Assembly: GCA_038883135.1 (NCBI GenBank)
Contig: JAVZMU010000001.1
Location: 2,988-66,987, forward strand
Source of the DNA: Nitrososphaerales archaeon
GTDB taxonomy: Archaea > Thermoproteota > Nitrososphaeria > Nitrososphaerales > JACAEJ01
Reading direction: 5' to 3'
DNA: 64,000 bases
The notes under the pieces were generated by a model. The model was not told the origin of the DNA. It made no database searches and saw only the letters and a program-made list of their open reading frames with translations. Position numbers and translations under genes: made by a program. Of the stretch, positions 1 to 9,013 are shown in pieces; the first letter of the stretch is position 1; every line of letters begins with the position of its first letter.

Positions 1-704
1 TAAGTGATGAAGCTAAGTATAAAGTCAAGAAAGGTATGGATATTCTTGAGGAGAGGTTAAAATACTATAAAAAGGTTGCACTAAACGATCCTACCGTAAA
101 CGCAAGGTGTAGTGGTGTAGGTATACTAAAGCCAAGAGATGCTATAAAGCTCTGTGCAGTCGGTCCAACTCTAAGGGCTTCTGGTATTAAGAATGATGTT
201 AGAAGTGATGATCCCTACACTCTTCATGACGAAGTTCCTTTTAATGTTATAACTTATGATACAATGGATGTTTTAGCAAGAGTCTTGGTTAGAATTGACG
301 AAACTTTAGAATCTGTAAATATGGTTAGATATTGTGTTGATCATATGCCAAGCGGGGAGGTAAAGATAAAATTACCATTGTCTCCGCCAATAGGTGAATC
401 TGTAAGTAGAGTTGAAGCTCCAAGAGGGGAATTGATACATTACGCAAGGTCCAATGGGACAAATAAGCCTGAGCGTTATAAAGTAAGAACACCAACGTTT
501 GAGAATATACCTTCTGTATGTGAGATGCTAACCTCAAAGAATGGTTATGAAGTTAACATAGCTGATATACCAATAACATTAGCGTCTATAGATCCTTGCT
601 TCAGTTGTACTGCTAGAATGGAGTTTAGAGATGTATCAAAAAGCAAGACTTGGATTTGGAGCTTAGAGGAGTTAAAAGCTTATTGTAAAAAGAAGGGAAT
701 TTAA
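1..704 (+). CDS. Group 4 membrane-bound [NiFe]-hydrogenase large subunit (MbhL/EchE/HycE, NuoD-like), C-terminal part; 5' end lies outside the window
   Basis: The frame is open from nt 3, so the track ORF 36..704 only marks the first in-window Met. It contains RVEAPRGEL (NuoD/large-subunit signature) and the C-terminal Ni-ligand motif DPCFSCTAR, followed by a 28-aa tail. NuoH/I/J/K-like genes follow immediately. Confidence 0.8.
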   Translation, partial: SDEAKYKVKKGMDILEERLKYYKKVALNDPTVNARCSGVGILKPRDAIKLCAVGPTLRASGIKNDVRSDDPYTLHDEVPFNVITYDTMDVLARVLVRIDETLESVNMVRYCVDHMPSGEVKIKLPLSPPIGESVSRVEAPRGELIHYARSNGTNKPERYKVRTPTFENIPSVCEMLTSKNGYEVNIADIPITLASIDPCFSCTARMEFRDVSKSKTWIWSLEELKAYCKKKGI

Positions 705-706
705 GA

Positions 707-1675
707 ATGTATCCTCTTCTAGAACTGCTTCAAATTCTTATCTTTCCTGGTATACTCTTTGCTATATTTCTTGCCTTTATATACGAGTGGTTAGATAGAA
801 AAATCTACGCTAAATTGCAAAATAGAGTTGGACCTCTTTACACAGGTCCGATGGGAATTCTACAACCTTTCGCAGACTTCATAAAACTTCTTGCAAAGGA
901 AGACATAGTCCCAAATGAAGTAGATAAACCTCTCTTTAATGCTTTACCTATAGTTGCATTAACCCTATCTTTAATGGGCTTCTTAGCTCTACCAATAATT
1001 GGTTTAAGAGGCATAATCTCTTTTAATGGAGATTTGATTTTTCTGATAGTTTTAATGACTTTGATTTGTATAGTAGTAATATATGCAGGTGTATCATCTT
1101 CGAATAGATTTTCTATAGTAGGTGCTGAAAGAGCTGCCCTTCAACTTTTAGGTTACGAAATACCCATGATGCTATCTGCAGTAAGCGTTGGAATACTAGC
1201 TAATTCTATGTGGGTTTATGATATAGTTAGCATTCAATCAAATAACGTTTGGTTTTTAATAGGTCCAGGTATTCTAGGTTTTGCTATTTTCATTATTTGT
1301 GGTCAGGCAGAATTGGAGAGGATACCTTTCGATATACCAGAAGCAGAAACTGAAATTGTTGCAGGCTGGTTAACAGAGTTTTCTGGTAGAAAGCTTGCTT
1401 TGTTCAGACTCACTAGGAATGTTGAACTCTTGTATCTATCAGGGTTAGCTGTAACTTTATTTTTAGGTGGACCTTCTGGACCAATCATCTCGGGTCTAGA
1501 ACCAATTTTATATCCTATCTATTTCTTGCTAAAAACCTTATTCGTACTTTTCTTATTAACAACTCTTCGTGCCCTTTTCGCAAGGCTTAGAATAGATCAA
1601 ATGGTTAACTTCTCTTGGAAGTATTTAATACCTATCTCAATATTACATATTTTATTTGTTAGGGTGATCGTTTAA
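707..1675 (+). CDS. Membrane subunit of the NuoH/MbhM/HycD/EchB family
   Basis: 322-aa polytopic protein with ND1/NuoH-type motifs (KLQNRVGP near the N-terminus; GQAELERIPFDIPEAETEIVAGW). It starts 2 nt after the large-subunit stop. Confidence 0.85.
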   Translation: MYPLLELLQILIFPGILFAIFLAFIYEWLDRKIYAKLQNRVGPLYTGPMGILQPFADFIKLLAKEDIVPNEVDKPLFNALPIVALTLSLMGFLALPIIGLRGIISFNGDLIFLIVLMTLICIVVIYAGVSSSNRFSIVGAERAALQLLGYEIPMMLSAVSVGILANSMWVYDIVSIQSNNVWFLIGPGILGFAIFIICGQAELERIPFDIPEAETEIVAGWLTEFSGRKLALFRLTRNVELLYLSGLAVTLFLGGPSGPIISGLEPILYPIYFLLKTLFVLFLLTTLRALFARLRIDQMVNFSWKYLIPISILHILFVRVIV

Positions 1676-2014
1676 ATGTCTATGCTGAAAGAAATTCAAA
1701 AAAGTCTTTTTAAGAAGAAGGCTACAGTACTTTATCCCTTTAAAGAAAGGGAAAAGGTTCACATACCTAAAGGATTAAGAGGTAAGATAGTTTTTGATAG
1801 AGAAAAGTGTACTGGTTGCCTTTTATGTTCAAGGTTTTGTCCAAGCGGAGCTTGTGAGATTGTTACGGATGAGAAAGGTAAAAGACCTATATTTCACTTA
1901 GAACTTTGCTTATTTTGTGCTCAATGTCAAGAAGTCTGCCCTAAAGGTGCGATTAAGTTGACTGAAGAGTTTGAGCTAGCAGCCTTTGATAGAAAGGCTT
2001 TCACTATTAGGTGA
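1676..2014 (+). CDS. 2x[4Fe-4S] ferredoxin subunit, NuoI/MbhN family
   Basis: 112 aa with two CxxCxxCxxxCP motifs (CTGCLLCSRFCP, CLFCAQCQEVCP). It abuts the NuoH-like gene. Confidence 0.85.
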   Translation: MSMLKEIQKSLFKKKATVLYPFKEREKVHIPKGLRGKIVFDREKCTGCLLCSRFCPSGACEIVTDEKGKRPIFHLELCLFCAQCQEVCPKGAIKLTEEFELAAFDRKAFTIR

Positions 2015-2547
2015 TGTTAATGGTTGATTATTTGATACATATAGGCTTTTTAATCTCTCTAATATTTCTAGCTTTTCTAGTTGTAGAAGTCAAAGATTTG
2101 CTTAGAGCTTTAGCATTATTCATAATGATGAGTTCAGTCCTTAGTGTTATCTTCTACATTTTGGGTGCACCCTATATAGCAGTATTTCAACTAGCTATAT
2201 ATGCAGGGGCAATAGCAGTTCTCTTCCTTGCTACTCTTCACACTACAAAAGGGAGAGTTATAGGCAAAAATTTAAGTTCAATCCTAAACCTTATTCTGGC
2301 AATTTTACTCCCTTTTATAATATTGACTTTCTCTATAAACATTATAGATGCTCTTAACATGGTCAATCCACCACAAAGTTATCCACTTGAAAAATCTCCC
2401 TTCTTTTTATGGACCTATAGGAGTTTTGATATTATCATACAAGGACTTCTTTTGTTAGCTACAGTTACAGCTGTGATTGCAATTCTTAGGAAGAAAGAAG
2501 GAGTTAAAATTACTGAAGAAGCTGTGGAGGAGAGTAAAAATGAATGA
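2011..2547 (+). CDS. Small membrane subunit, NuoJ-like (MbhD/E-like)
   Basis: 178 aa with about 5 TM segments. FQLAIYAGAIAVLFLATL resembles the NuoJ/ND6 core (VYxGAIxVLFLF). A 4-nt overlap with the upstream gene suggests translational coupling. Confidence 0.55.
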   Translation: MMLMVDYLIHIGFLISLIFLAFLVVEVKDLLRALALFIMMSSVLSVIFYILGAPYIAVFQLAIYAGAIAVLFLATLHTTKGRVIGKNLSSILNLILAILLPFIILTFSINIIDALNMVNPPQSYPLEKSPFFLWTYRSFDIIIQGLLLLATVTAVIAILRKKEGVKITEEAVEESKNE

Positions 2548-2851
2548 ATTGCTTCAACTTTATATACCTGCATCCCTTATCTTGATAGCTTTGGGACTTT
2601 ACTGTATAGCCACTAAGAGAGATCTGATAAAGATCGTATTAGGTATAGAAATAATTACTTCCGGTGTTAATCTTAACATAATAGTCATGGGCTTGAGAAG
2701 TAATGGTGTTGAAGCTCTTGCTCAATCCATCGCTTTAATTTCTATGACCATAGGAGCTTGTATTGCAGCCGTTGCTTTATCTATAATCATCAACGTCTTT
2801 AGGCATTATGGAACTACGGATACAAAAGAACTCAAAAGGTTAAAATGGTAA
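2540..2851 (+). CDS. NuoK/MbhG/MrpC-like small membrane subunit
   Basis: 103 aa with 3 TM segments. KRDLIKIVLGIEIITSGVNLNII matches the NuoK/MrpC pattern. I prefer the in-frame ATG at 2540, which overlaps the upstream stop by 8 nt, over the track start at 2477. Confidence 0.65.
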   Translation: MNELLQLYIPASLILIALGLYCIATKRDLIKIVLGIEIITSGVNLNIIVMGLRSNGVEALAQSIALISMTIGACIAAVALSIIINVFRHYGTTDTKELKRLKW

Positions 2852-2881
2852 TCTATAAAAAATCGATTAGATAAAATTAAC

Positions 2882-4054
2882 TTACTCTTCACGTTCTTTT
2901 TTACTATCAGAAAGCTTAATAACGGACTTTAAACCTGGTTTAACCTCTTCTATTGGCTTAAACTCTATGTAATTAGCTTCACAAGCACCCTTAAAGAGCT
3001 CCTCACCGATCTTTGTTCTGACTATTACTGTAGACCAACCATCAGGAGAACCTACTGATCCTATAGATATGTCAGCGTATTCTGCTGTAAAATCTCTACA
3101 TATGTGGCAAGCCTTTCTAACACAAGCCTTAACTTCATCTAATGGTACGCTAAATAGCTCCTTACCTTCTGCATACGCTATAAACTTGCCCTTTTTTATA
3201 GCAAACTTTTTAACAGTATTTATATCTATACCTTTCCACTCTATAAATTTTACAAGCTCTCTATACCAGAAGCTTTCCATACAAAATAGCCCAATAATAA
3301 ATTTTACATGACTGCCTAGTTTTGAGCAAGCTTTTTGTGAATACTGCATCTTTCTAAGTGTCTGAACTTCACAAGGTACCCCAACAATCCCTACGCTATT
3401 GCTAGCATAATCTTCAACAGCGTATCTAAGCCCTATGGTTACAGGGCTTGTTGAATACTTTGTACCAGATGCTCTTATTAGTTCTTTAGAATCAAATACT
3501 ACATCTGGCCAAGGTCTCCATAAATCTCCTTTCGTTTCATAATCCCTTTGCCAAGGTCTAAACACATCTACATTTCTTTTAGATGCTACTGCACTATTGA
3601 CAATCCCTTTATCCAAAGAATATGCTAAAAGTGTCGTAGCTATTCCACCATCTTGAGCAACATCCAAAATTTCTTTAATCTTTGATCTCGCAGCGTATGC
3701 TGCTATATATATTCCTAAACGCTCTTCCTTATTCCGATTTCTACCGAAAATGACCTTATCCATCTCATCAAAATCAAAAATCGTTCTAGGACATGTATAC
3801 CAACAGAGCTCACATTGATAGCAAACACCAACGAGTTTTGGAAGTTCATTCTCAAATCCTATAACAGAGAAGGGGCATGCTGCAAAACAACCGCCACAAA
3901 AAGTACATTTGCCTGCATCTATAACATCATTAAAAAGGTCCTCAAAGGTTTTCGGTTTGATTCCAAATACAGATTTATACTGTTCTGCCTCTTTTTTACC
4001 ATAAAATATAAAGCTACGAATGGTCTTAAGTTCTGTAGACATTTTTAACTTCAT
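2882..4054 (-). CDS. FrhB-family protein (coenzyme F420 hydrogenase/dehydrogenase beta-subunit-like) with N-terminal 2x[4Fe-4S] domain
   Basis: N-terminal Cys clusters CTFCGGCFAACP and CYQCELCWYTCP. FrhB-type motifs AQDGGIATTLLAYSLDKG and GVPCEVQTLRKM are also present. Confidence 0.7.
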   Translation of the reverse strand: MKLKMSTELKTIRSFIFYGKKEAEQYKSVFGIKPKTFEDLFNDVIDAGKCTFCGGCFAACPFSVIGFENELPKLVGVCYQCELCWYTCPRTIFDFDEMDKVIFGRNRNKEERLGIYIAAYAARSKIKEILDVAQDGGIATTLLAYSLDKGIVNSAVASKRNVDVFRPWQRDYETKGDLWRPWPDVVFDSKELIRASGTKYSTSPVTIGLRYAVEDYASNSVGIVGVPCEVQTLRKMQYSQKACSKLGSHVKFIIGLFCMESFWYRELVKFIEWKGIDINTVKKFAIKKGKFIAYAEGKELFSVPLDEVKACVRKACHICRDFTAEYADISIGSVGSPDGWSTVIVRTKIGEELFKGACEANYIEFKPIEEVKPGLKSVIKLSDSKKEREE

Positions 4055-4268
4055 AGAGTTTGAATCTTTAATTATTTAAACATTTCAGAATCAAGTAATG
4101 CTCTAACTCTATTCAAGCATTAATAAAATACTTAGCTAAAAATTAGAGATAATCGATATTTATTCGATAATATAAAAAGTTGATCGTTAAGAGAGAAATA
4201 AGTAGTCAAGAGTTTTACATCTCAACAATTAGAGTAAGATTATAAGGTTCAAATACATAATTTTATAA

Positions 4269-5426
4269 TTGAAGATGGAAGATAAGAGAGAAGGTTTTTT
4301 ATCGTTTAAAATTGAAGAAAGATACGATCTTGGCAATTTAGTAACCTTCATACCAAATAAAACCGTCCCAATACATAACTGGTTTTATTTTAAAGAAGGT
4401 TTTTCAAGAGATTTTGTTTTACTAATGTTGGATTGGCTAAAAATTAAGAGGGGCAATTGGATACTTGATCCTTTTTGTGGCTCAGGAACAACACTACTAA
4501 CATCAAAAGAATTTGGAATAAATGCTATTGGAGTTGATGCATCTCCTCTTGCAGTCTTTGTCACGCAAGTAAAGATAGAAGATTACGATTTAGAGAAGAT
4601 TAGAGATTATGCTAAAGAACTTTTTTCAAAAAAATTTGAAAGGTATGAAATCAAAGGATTAAGCTCTCTAACTAAAAGAGCCTTCTCAAAATATTCTCTT
4701 GAAGATATTTTATTCTTTAAAGAAGAAATTAAGAAGATTAATGATCTAAAAATAAGAAATTTCTTTACTTTGGCTTTAATAAATGCATCAAATAAGGTTA
4801 GTTATGCATACAAGGATGGAAGCGTAATAAAGATACGTGAGAAGCCAAATATTCCATTAAAGAAGGTATTTAAAAGAATTGTTAAGAAAATGTTACATGA
4901 TTTAAAGAGAGTGAATTATAAAGGTTCTGATATAAAAGTCTACATTGGAGATGCTAGAAAGATGGATTTTCTCCAAAACGATTTCTTTGATGCTGTTATA
5001 ACATCACCTCCATACTTGAACAAGATCGAGTATACAAAAGTTTACTCAATAGAGTATGAATTATTTTTTAAAGAATTTGAAATCGATAGTTTAAGATCTT
5101 ATATTGGATTAAACCCTAAGCACATTAAAGACATATTCCCTGAGTTAAATTTACCAGATGTAGCAAAAGCATACTTACAAGATATGAACGATGCTTTAAA
5201 AGAAATTTATAGAGTTCTGAAAGATGATGCTAAATGCTCGATGGTAGTTGCTGAAGGGACCTTTCCTGATAGAATAGTCCCTGTAGATTTATTGATAGCG
5301 AATTTAGCTGAGAAAATAGGCTTTAAAGTTGAGAGAATAATTATCGCTAATGAGAGAGTTGTGACTAGGGAGAGGACTTTTAAAATAGGAAAAGCTAGAG
5401 AGAGCATAATTATAATGAAAAAGTGA
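4269..5426 (+). CDS. SAM-dependent N-methyltransferase of the DNA-MTase type (N4-C/N6-A class)
   Basis: Motif I LDPFCGSGTTLL lies about 175 aa upstream of motif IV VITSPPY, which is an alpha-like order. No nuclease gene sits next to it. The TTG at 4269 or the ATG at 4275 could be the start. Confidence 0.55.
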   Translation: MKMEDKREGFLSFKIEERYDLGNLVTFIPNKTVPIHNWFYFKEGFSRDFVLLMLDWLKIKRGNWILDPFCGSGTTLLTSKEFGINAIGVDASPLAVFVTQVKIEDYDLEKIRDYAKELFSKKFERYEIKGLSSLTKRAFSKYSLEDILFFKEEIKKINDLKIRNFFTLALINASNKVSYAYKDGSVIKIREKPNIPLKKVFKRIVKKMLHDLKRVNYKGSDIKVYIGDARKMDFLQNDFFDAVITSPPYLNKIEYTKVYSIEYELFFKEFEIDSLRSYIGLNPKHIKDIFPELNLPDVAKAYLQDMNDALKEIYRVLKDDAKCSMVVAEGTFPDRIVPVDLLIANLAEKIGFKVERIIIANERVVTRERTFKIGKARESIIIMKK

Positions 5427-5511
5427 TATAGCTTATACAAAAATTAACAGAGATCACATCTACTTTATTACCTAAAAGTTTATGATAGGGATCATTTAAT
5501 CTTCATTATCA

Positions 5512-6735
5512 ATGAAATACATATTGATAATTGGAGACGGGATGGCAGACCTTCCATTGAAAGAGCTAGGTAGCAAAACACCCTTGCAAGTAGCTGACCA
5601 TCCTAATATGGACTTCATAGCCTCTCATGGATCATGTGGTAGATTAATCACCCTTCCTCAAGAATTAGATAGTGGTACAGATGTTGCTATTATGAGTATC
5701 TTAGGTTACAATCCTAAAGAATTTCATACAGGAAGGGGACCGTTAGAAGCAGCCGGTATTGGCGTTAAACTTAATGAGCACGATATAGCATTTAGATGTA
5801 ATTTAATAACTGAGAGAAATGGTATTTTAGTAGACTATTCTGCAGGACACATTAGTACAGAGGAAGCTAGAGAGCTTTTAAAATCAATAAAAGATGCTTT
5901 TGAAGAACCTAGAAGGATAGAGTTTTTTCCTGGTGTAAGCTTTAGACATTTGCTAGTTCTAAAGGGGAATAAATACTCTAATAAAATAATATGCACTCCT
6001 CCTCACGATGCTTTGAATAAACCAATCTCTAAGATTCTTCCTAAGGAAAAGGATGAGGATGGTGTTAAAACAGCTAGAATTCTAAGGAAGATAATAGTAG
6101 AATCTAAAGATATATTATCAGATCATCCCATTAATAAAATGAGAATTAAGAGAGGAAACAATCCTGCCAATATGATATGGCCATGGGGTCATGGAATAAA
6201 ACCAAATTTTCAACCATTTTATAATTTATATGGTATTAAAGGTGCGGTAATATCTGCAGTAGACATAGTGAATGGGATAGGAGTCTTTGCAGGCTTTGAT
6301 GTGATAAGAGTCCCAGGTGCTACAGGCTATTACGATACAAATTACGAAGGTAAGGCAGATTATGCTTTAAAGAGCTTAAAGGATCATGATTTCGTTTTGA
6401 TTCATGTTGAAGCTCCTGATGAAGCAGGACATTTAGGAGATTACGAACTTAAGATAAAGACAATAGAAGATTTAGATAAAAGGTTGATTGGTAGAATATT
6501 AAAAGATCTTAAAGGAGATTATACTATTGCAATTTTATCAGATCATATTACCTCAACAGAATTAAGAGTTCACTCAAGAGAACCTGTTCCCTTTGCTATA
6601 TTCTCAACTTCTCAAACTAAAGCGAGTAAAGTCAGTCGTTTTGATGAATTTTCAGTAGAGAAAGGGTCTTTAGGACTTGTTGAAGGAATCAAATTTATGT
6701 CTCTTTTTCTTAAACATGATGAGCTTACCAAGTGA
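5512..6735 (+). CDS. apgM: Cofactor-independent phosphoglycerate mutase, archaeal type
   Basis: 407 aa. The N-terminus MKYILIIGDGMAD and the HVEAPDEAGH metal-site motif are typical of ApgM. Confidence 0.85.
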   Translation: MKYILIIGDGMADLPLKELGSKTPLQVADHPNMDFIASHGSCGRLITLPQELDSGTDVAIMSILGYNPKEFHTGRGPLEAAGIGVKLNEHDIAFRCNLITERNGILVDYSAGHISTEEARELLKSIKDAFEEPRRIEFFPGVSFRHLLVLKGNKYSNKIICTPPHDALNKPISKILPKEKDEDGVKTARILRKIIVESKDILSDHPINKMRIKRGNNPANMIWPWGHGIKPNFQPFYNLYGIKGAVISAVDIVNGIGVFAGFDVIRVPGATGYYDTNYEGKADYALKSLKDHDFVLIHVEAPDEAGHLGDYELKIKTIEDLDKRLIGRILKDLKGDYTIAILSDHITSTELRVHSREPVPFAIFSTSQTKASKVSRFDEFSVEKGSLGLVEGIKFMSLFLKHDELTK

Positions 6736-6807
6736 ATAGTATCGGAGATTTTTGCTAACTAAGTTTCTTTCCCTATAAAGATGTAAAAATATAGAAATCA
6801 TTATCGA

Positions 6808-6922
6808 TGCGGGGGGTGGGATTTGAACCCACGAACCCTTCCGATACTCATCTTCGGGACAGGCGCCTATAGCCAAATTAAATTTCAGGCCTGCGCCTTT
6901 GACCTGACTTGGCAACCCCCGC
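6808..6922 (-). tRNA. tRNA-Leu gene (class II) interrupted by two short introns; predicted anticodon GAG
   Basis: The reverse complement reads GCGGGGGTTGCCAAGTCAGGTCAAAGGCGCAGGCCTG[AAATTTAATTTGGCTAT]AGGCGCCTGTCCCGAAG[ATGAGTATCGGAA]GGGTTCGTGGGTTCAAATCCCACCCCCCGCA. The acceptor stem GCGGGGG/CCCCCGC, discriminator A73, T arm GTGGG-TTCAAAT-CCCAC and Leu-type D loop are all present. The anticodon stem is CAGGC/GCCTG. The gene is 115 nt against about 85 nt expected. CCA is not encoded. Confidence 0.8.
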
Positions 6923-6964
6923 CTATCCTTAATAAAACTCATCTATTTTTTAAGTTTAATAAAA

Positions 6965-7339
6965 TTAGCTTCTAGGAATTCTCCAACCCATCTTTTTGAA
7001 CATTTCTATAACTTGAGGATTTTCAGCAACAAACTTCACATGGATACAATCTTCAGACCTATCTAATTCACATATTAGCTTACCTCCTTCAATAAGAATG
7101 TTTAACCATCTACTTAAAGCTTCATCGTATATAGTTACACGATCCATAGCTATATTCCAAATTCTAAATGGATGAGTTACTTGAACAGCCTCATACCCTA
7201 GTTCTGATAATCTTTTCCTTATAGCCTCTTTTATGAATTCTGGACGGCTATCATAGCCTAGCGTGCCAGCTTTAATAATCATGTCTATTTTATCTACAAG
7301 ATCTTTTGGTAGGCTTATAGATACAAATTTCTTAGCCAT
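6965..7339 (-). CDS. Ribbon-helix-helix (CopG/NikR-like) transcriptional regulator with a C-terminal domain
   Basis: The N-terminus KKFVSISLPKDLVDKIDMIIKAG..SRPEFIKEAIRKRL fits the RHH pattern of a beta strand followed by two helices. Confidence 0.6.
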   Translation of the reverse strand: MAKKFVSISLPKDLVDKIDMIIKAGTLGYDSRPEFIKEAIRKRLSELGYEAVQVTHPFRIWNIAMDRVTIYDEALSRWLNILIEGGKLICELDRSEDCIHVKFVAENPQVIEMFKKMGWRIPRS

Positions 7340-7431
7340 ACTAAATTACTCATTATAGATCGCACATATATATGTTAATAATTTTGACTTTTAATTATGA
7401 GATTAATCCAAAATTAGCATATTTTTCACTT

Positions 7432-7956
7432 TCATTTATATCTTTCCCTATGAACTACTCTCTCTAAAGGCAATCTTGAGGGAGGAGATGGTTTCTCATT
7501 AGGATATCCAATAGGAATGATTGCTATTGGCTTTACTCCAGAAGGAAGTTCAAGCACTTTGGATACTTCCTCATCGTGAAATGCTCCTATCCAACATGCA
7601 CCTAATCCTAAAGCATGAGCTGCTAGAAGAATGTTTTGAGTAGCAGCAGAAGAATCACAAATTGCATATAAATCTCTTCCTCTTGAGCCATATCTTCTTG
7701 ATGATCTATCAAGATTTGCACATACTACTATAACCATAGGAGCTTCATAAATAAAGCATTGATTCAAAGCAGCTCTACACAATTCTCTTTTTACAATTGA
7801 ATCTTTAACTATTATGAACTCCCAAGGCTGAAGGTTACCAGCTGATGGAGCCCAGCATGCAGCCTCTAAAATCTTTTTTAATATATCATCTGAAATTGGT
7901 TCTGGTTTAAAAGCCCTTACACTTCTCCTATTCTTAATTGCTTCAAATAAATCCAT
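7432..7956 (-). CDS. Nitroreductase-family flavoprotein
   Basis: The N-terminal RRSVRAF motif, PSAGNLQPW, and a size of 174 aa are all typical of the family. Confidence 0.75.
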   Translation of the reverse strand: MDLFEAIKNRRSVRAFKPEPISDDILKKILEAACWAPSAGNLQPWEFIIVKDSIVKRELCRAALNQCFIYEAPMVIVVCANLDRSSRRYGSRGRDLYAICDSSAATQNILLAAHALGLGACWIGAFHDEEVSKVLELPSGVKPIAIIPIGYPNEKPSPPSRLPLERVVHRERYK

Positions 7957-8127
7957 TTTAACTCATAAACTCTTATCTCAAGAAGGTTTAAGAATTTTAT
8001 GTTAATTCAATATGAAAATATTGATAAGAATGTAAAAAAGTGATTTAATGAAAATCTATGTAAGCTGACTATAACAACATTTCAAAAGCAATAAAGGAAT
8101 GTAAAAATTAAGGAATTTTTTAGAAAT

Positions 8128-8835
8128 TTGAGGAGGAGAGATAAATTGGCTATTTATCCTCAATGTGCAAAGTGTTCAAAAGTTTACTGTAGTAAAATAC
8201 CCTTTGATAAAATTAACAAAAATTTACTTCCAGATTTTTGCCCCATGAAGGTAAGTGAAGAAATTATTAAAAAAGTAATTGAGAGTTATGGAGGAGAGGA
8301 TGTAAAGAGAATTTATATTCCTTCTGCAATCACAGAAAAAGAGGCTTATGAATTTATTAGAGGTAATTTGATACCTGTACGCCCTAGAATCAAGGAGCTT
8401 ATAGAGTTTTGTAAGCTTATAAAAGCTGAAAAAATCGGATTAGCTTTTTGCATTGGATTACAAGATGAAGCTACAAGAATAGTAAAAATTCTTGAGGAGG
8501 CAGGATTTATCGTTGCATCGATTATGTGTAAATGTGGTGCAATAGATAAAACAAAACTTAATGTAGCTAAAGAGTATAAGATTGGAAATCCATTGGAATT
8601 TGAGGCTGCTTGCAACCCTATTCTTCAAGCTCAACTTTTAAACGATGCAAACACAACAATTAATGTTATTGTTGGTTTATGTGTAGGGCACGATATGCTT
8701 TTCACAATGGAATCTAAAGCACCAGTAACAACCTTAATAGTCAAGGATCGATTATTAGGGCATAATCCTGTAATAGCTCTCTATAGCAACTACCTTAAAG
8801 ATTTAATAAAATCAAAGAAAGGAGCTTATTCATGA
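8128..8835 (+). CDS. Cys-rich putative metal-binding protein (DUF1847-like as I recall the family)
   Basis: There are several Cys pairs (CAKCSKVYC, CPMK, CKCG) and a GLCVGHD motif. The family assignment is from memory only. Confidence 0.4.
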   Translation: MRRRDKLAIYPQCAKCSKVYCSKIPFDKINKNLLPDFCPMKVSEEIIKKVIESYGGEDVKRIYIPSAITEKEAYEFIRGNLIPVRPRIKELIEFCKLIKAEKIGLAFCIGLQDEATRIVKILEEAGFIVASIMCKCGAIDKTKLNVAKEYKIGNPLEFEAACNPILQAQLLNDANTTINVIVGLCVGHDMLFTMESKAPVTTLIVKDRLLGHNPVIALYSNYLKDLIKSKKGAYS

Positions 8836-9013
8836 AAAAATTTATTCAATGGTTATTAAATTTTAAATCCAATTAATAATCCTTTTCAAATTTTTCTTCA
8901 ATTTGTCATTTATGCTCATTATTTTTATAACTAAACAATTGACACATCAAAAGAATGATTTAAGTATTGATCTGAATGTGATTACGAAAGAAGATTAACT
9001 AGAAAATAAATCA

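Noticed and set aside
2477-2539. Track start codon 2477 for the NuoK-like gene
   Set aside because: The extra 21 residues (MQFLGRKKELKLLKKLWRRVK) are encoded in a region overlapping the NuoJ-like gene. The ATG at 2540 gives a standard NuoK N-terminus with the usual short overlap.
6808-6922. Reading the tRNA as tRNA-Phe (anticodon GAA) with a canonical 37/38 intron
   Set aside because: The long variable arm, A73 discriminator and Leu-type D loop contradict Phe identity. A37 would be atypical for Phe. No bulge-helix-bulge can be drawn for the 37/38 solution, whereas one fits the GAG solution.
6670-6942. 90-aa minus-strand ORF from the track
   Set aside because: It is composed almost entirely of the tRNA-Leu gene (6808..6922) and its flanks. 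It is a GC-rich RNA gene read as protein.
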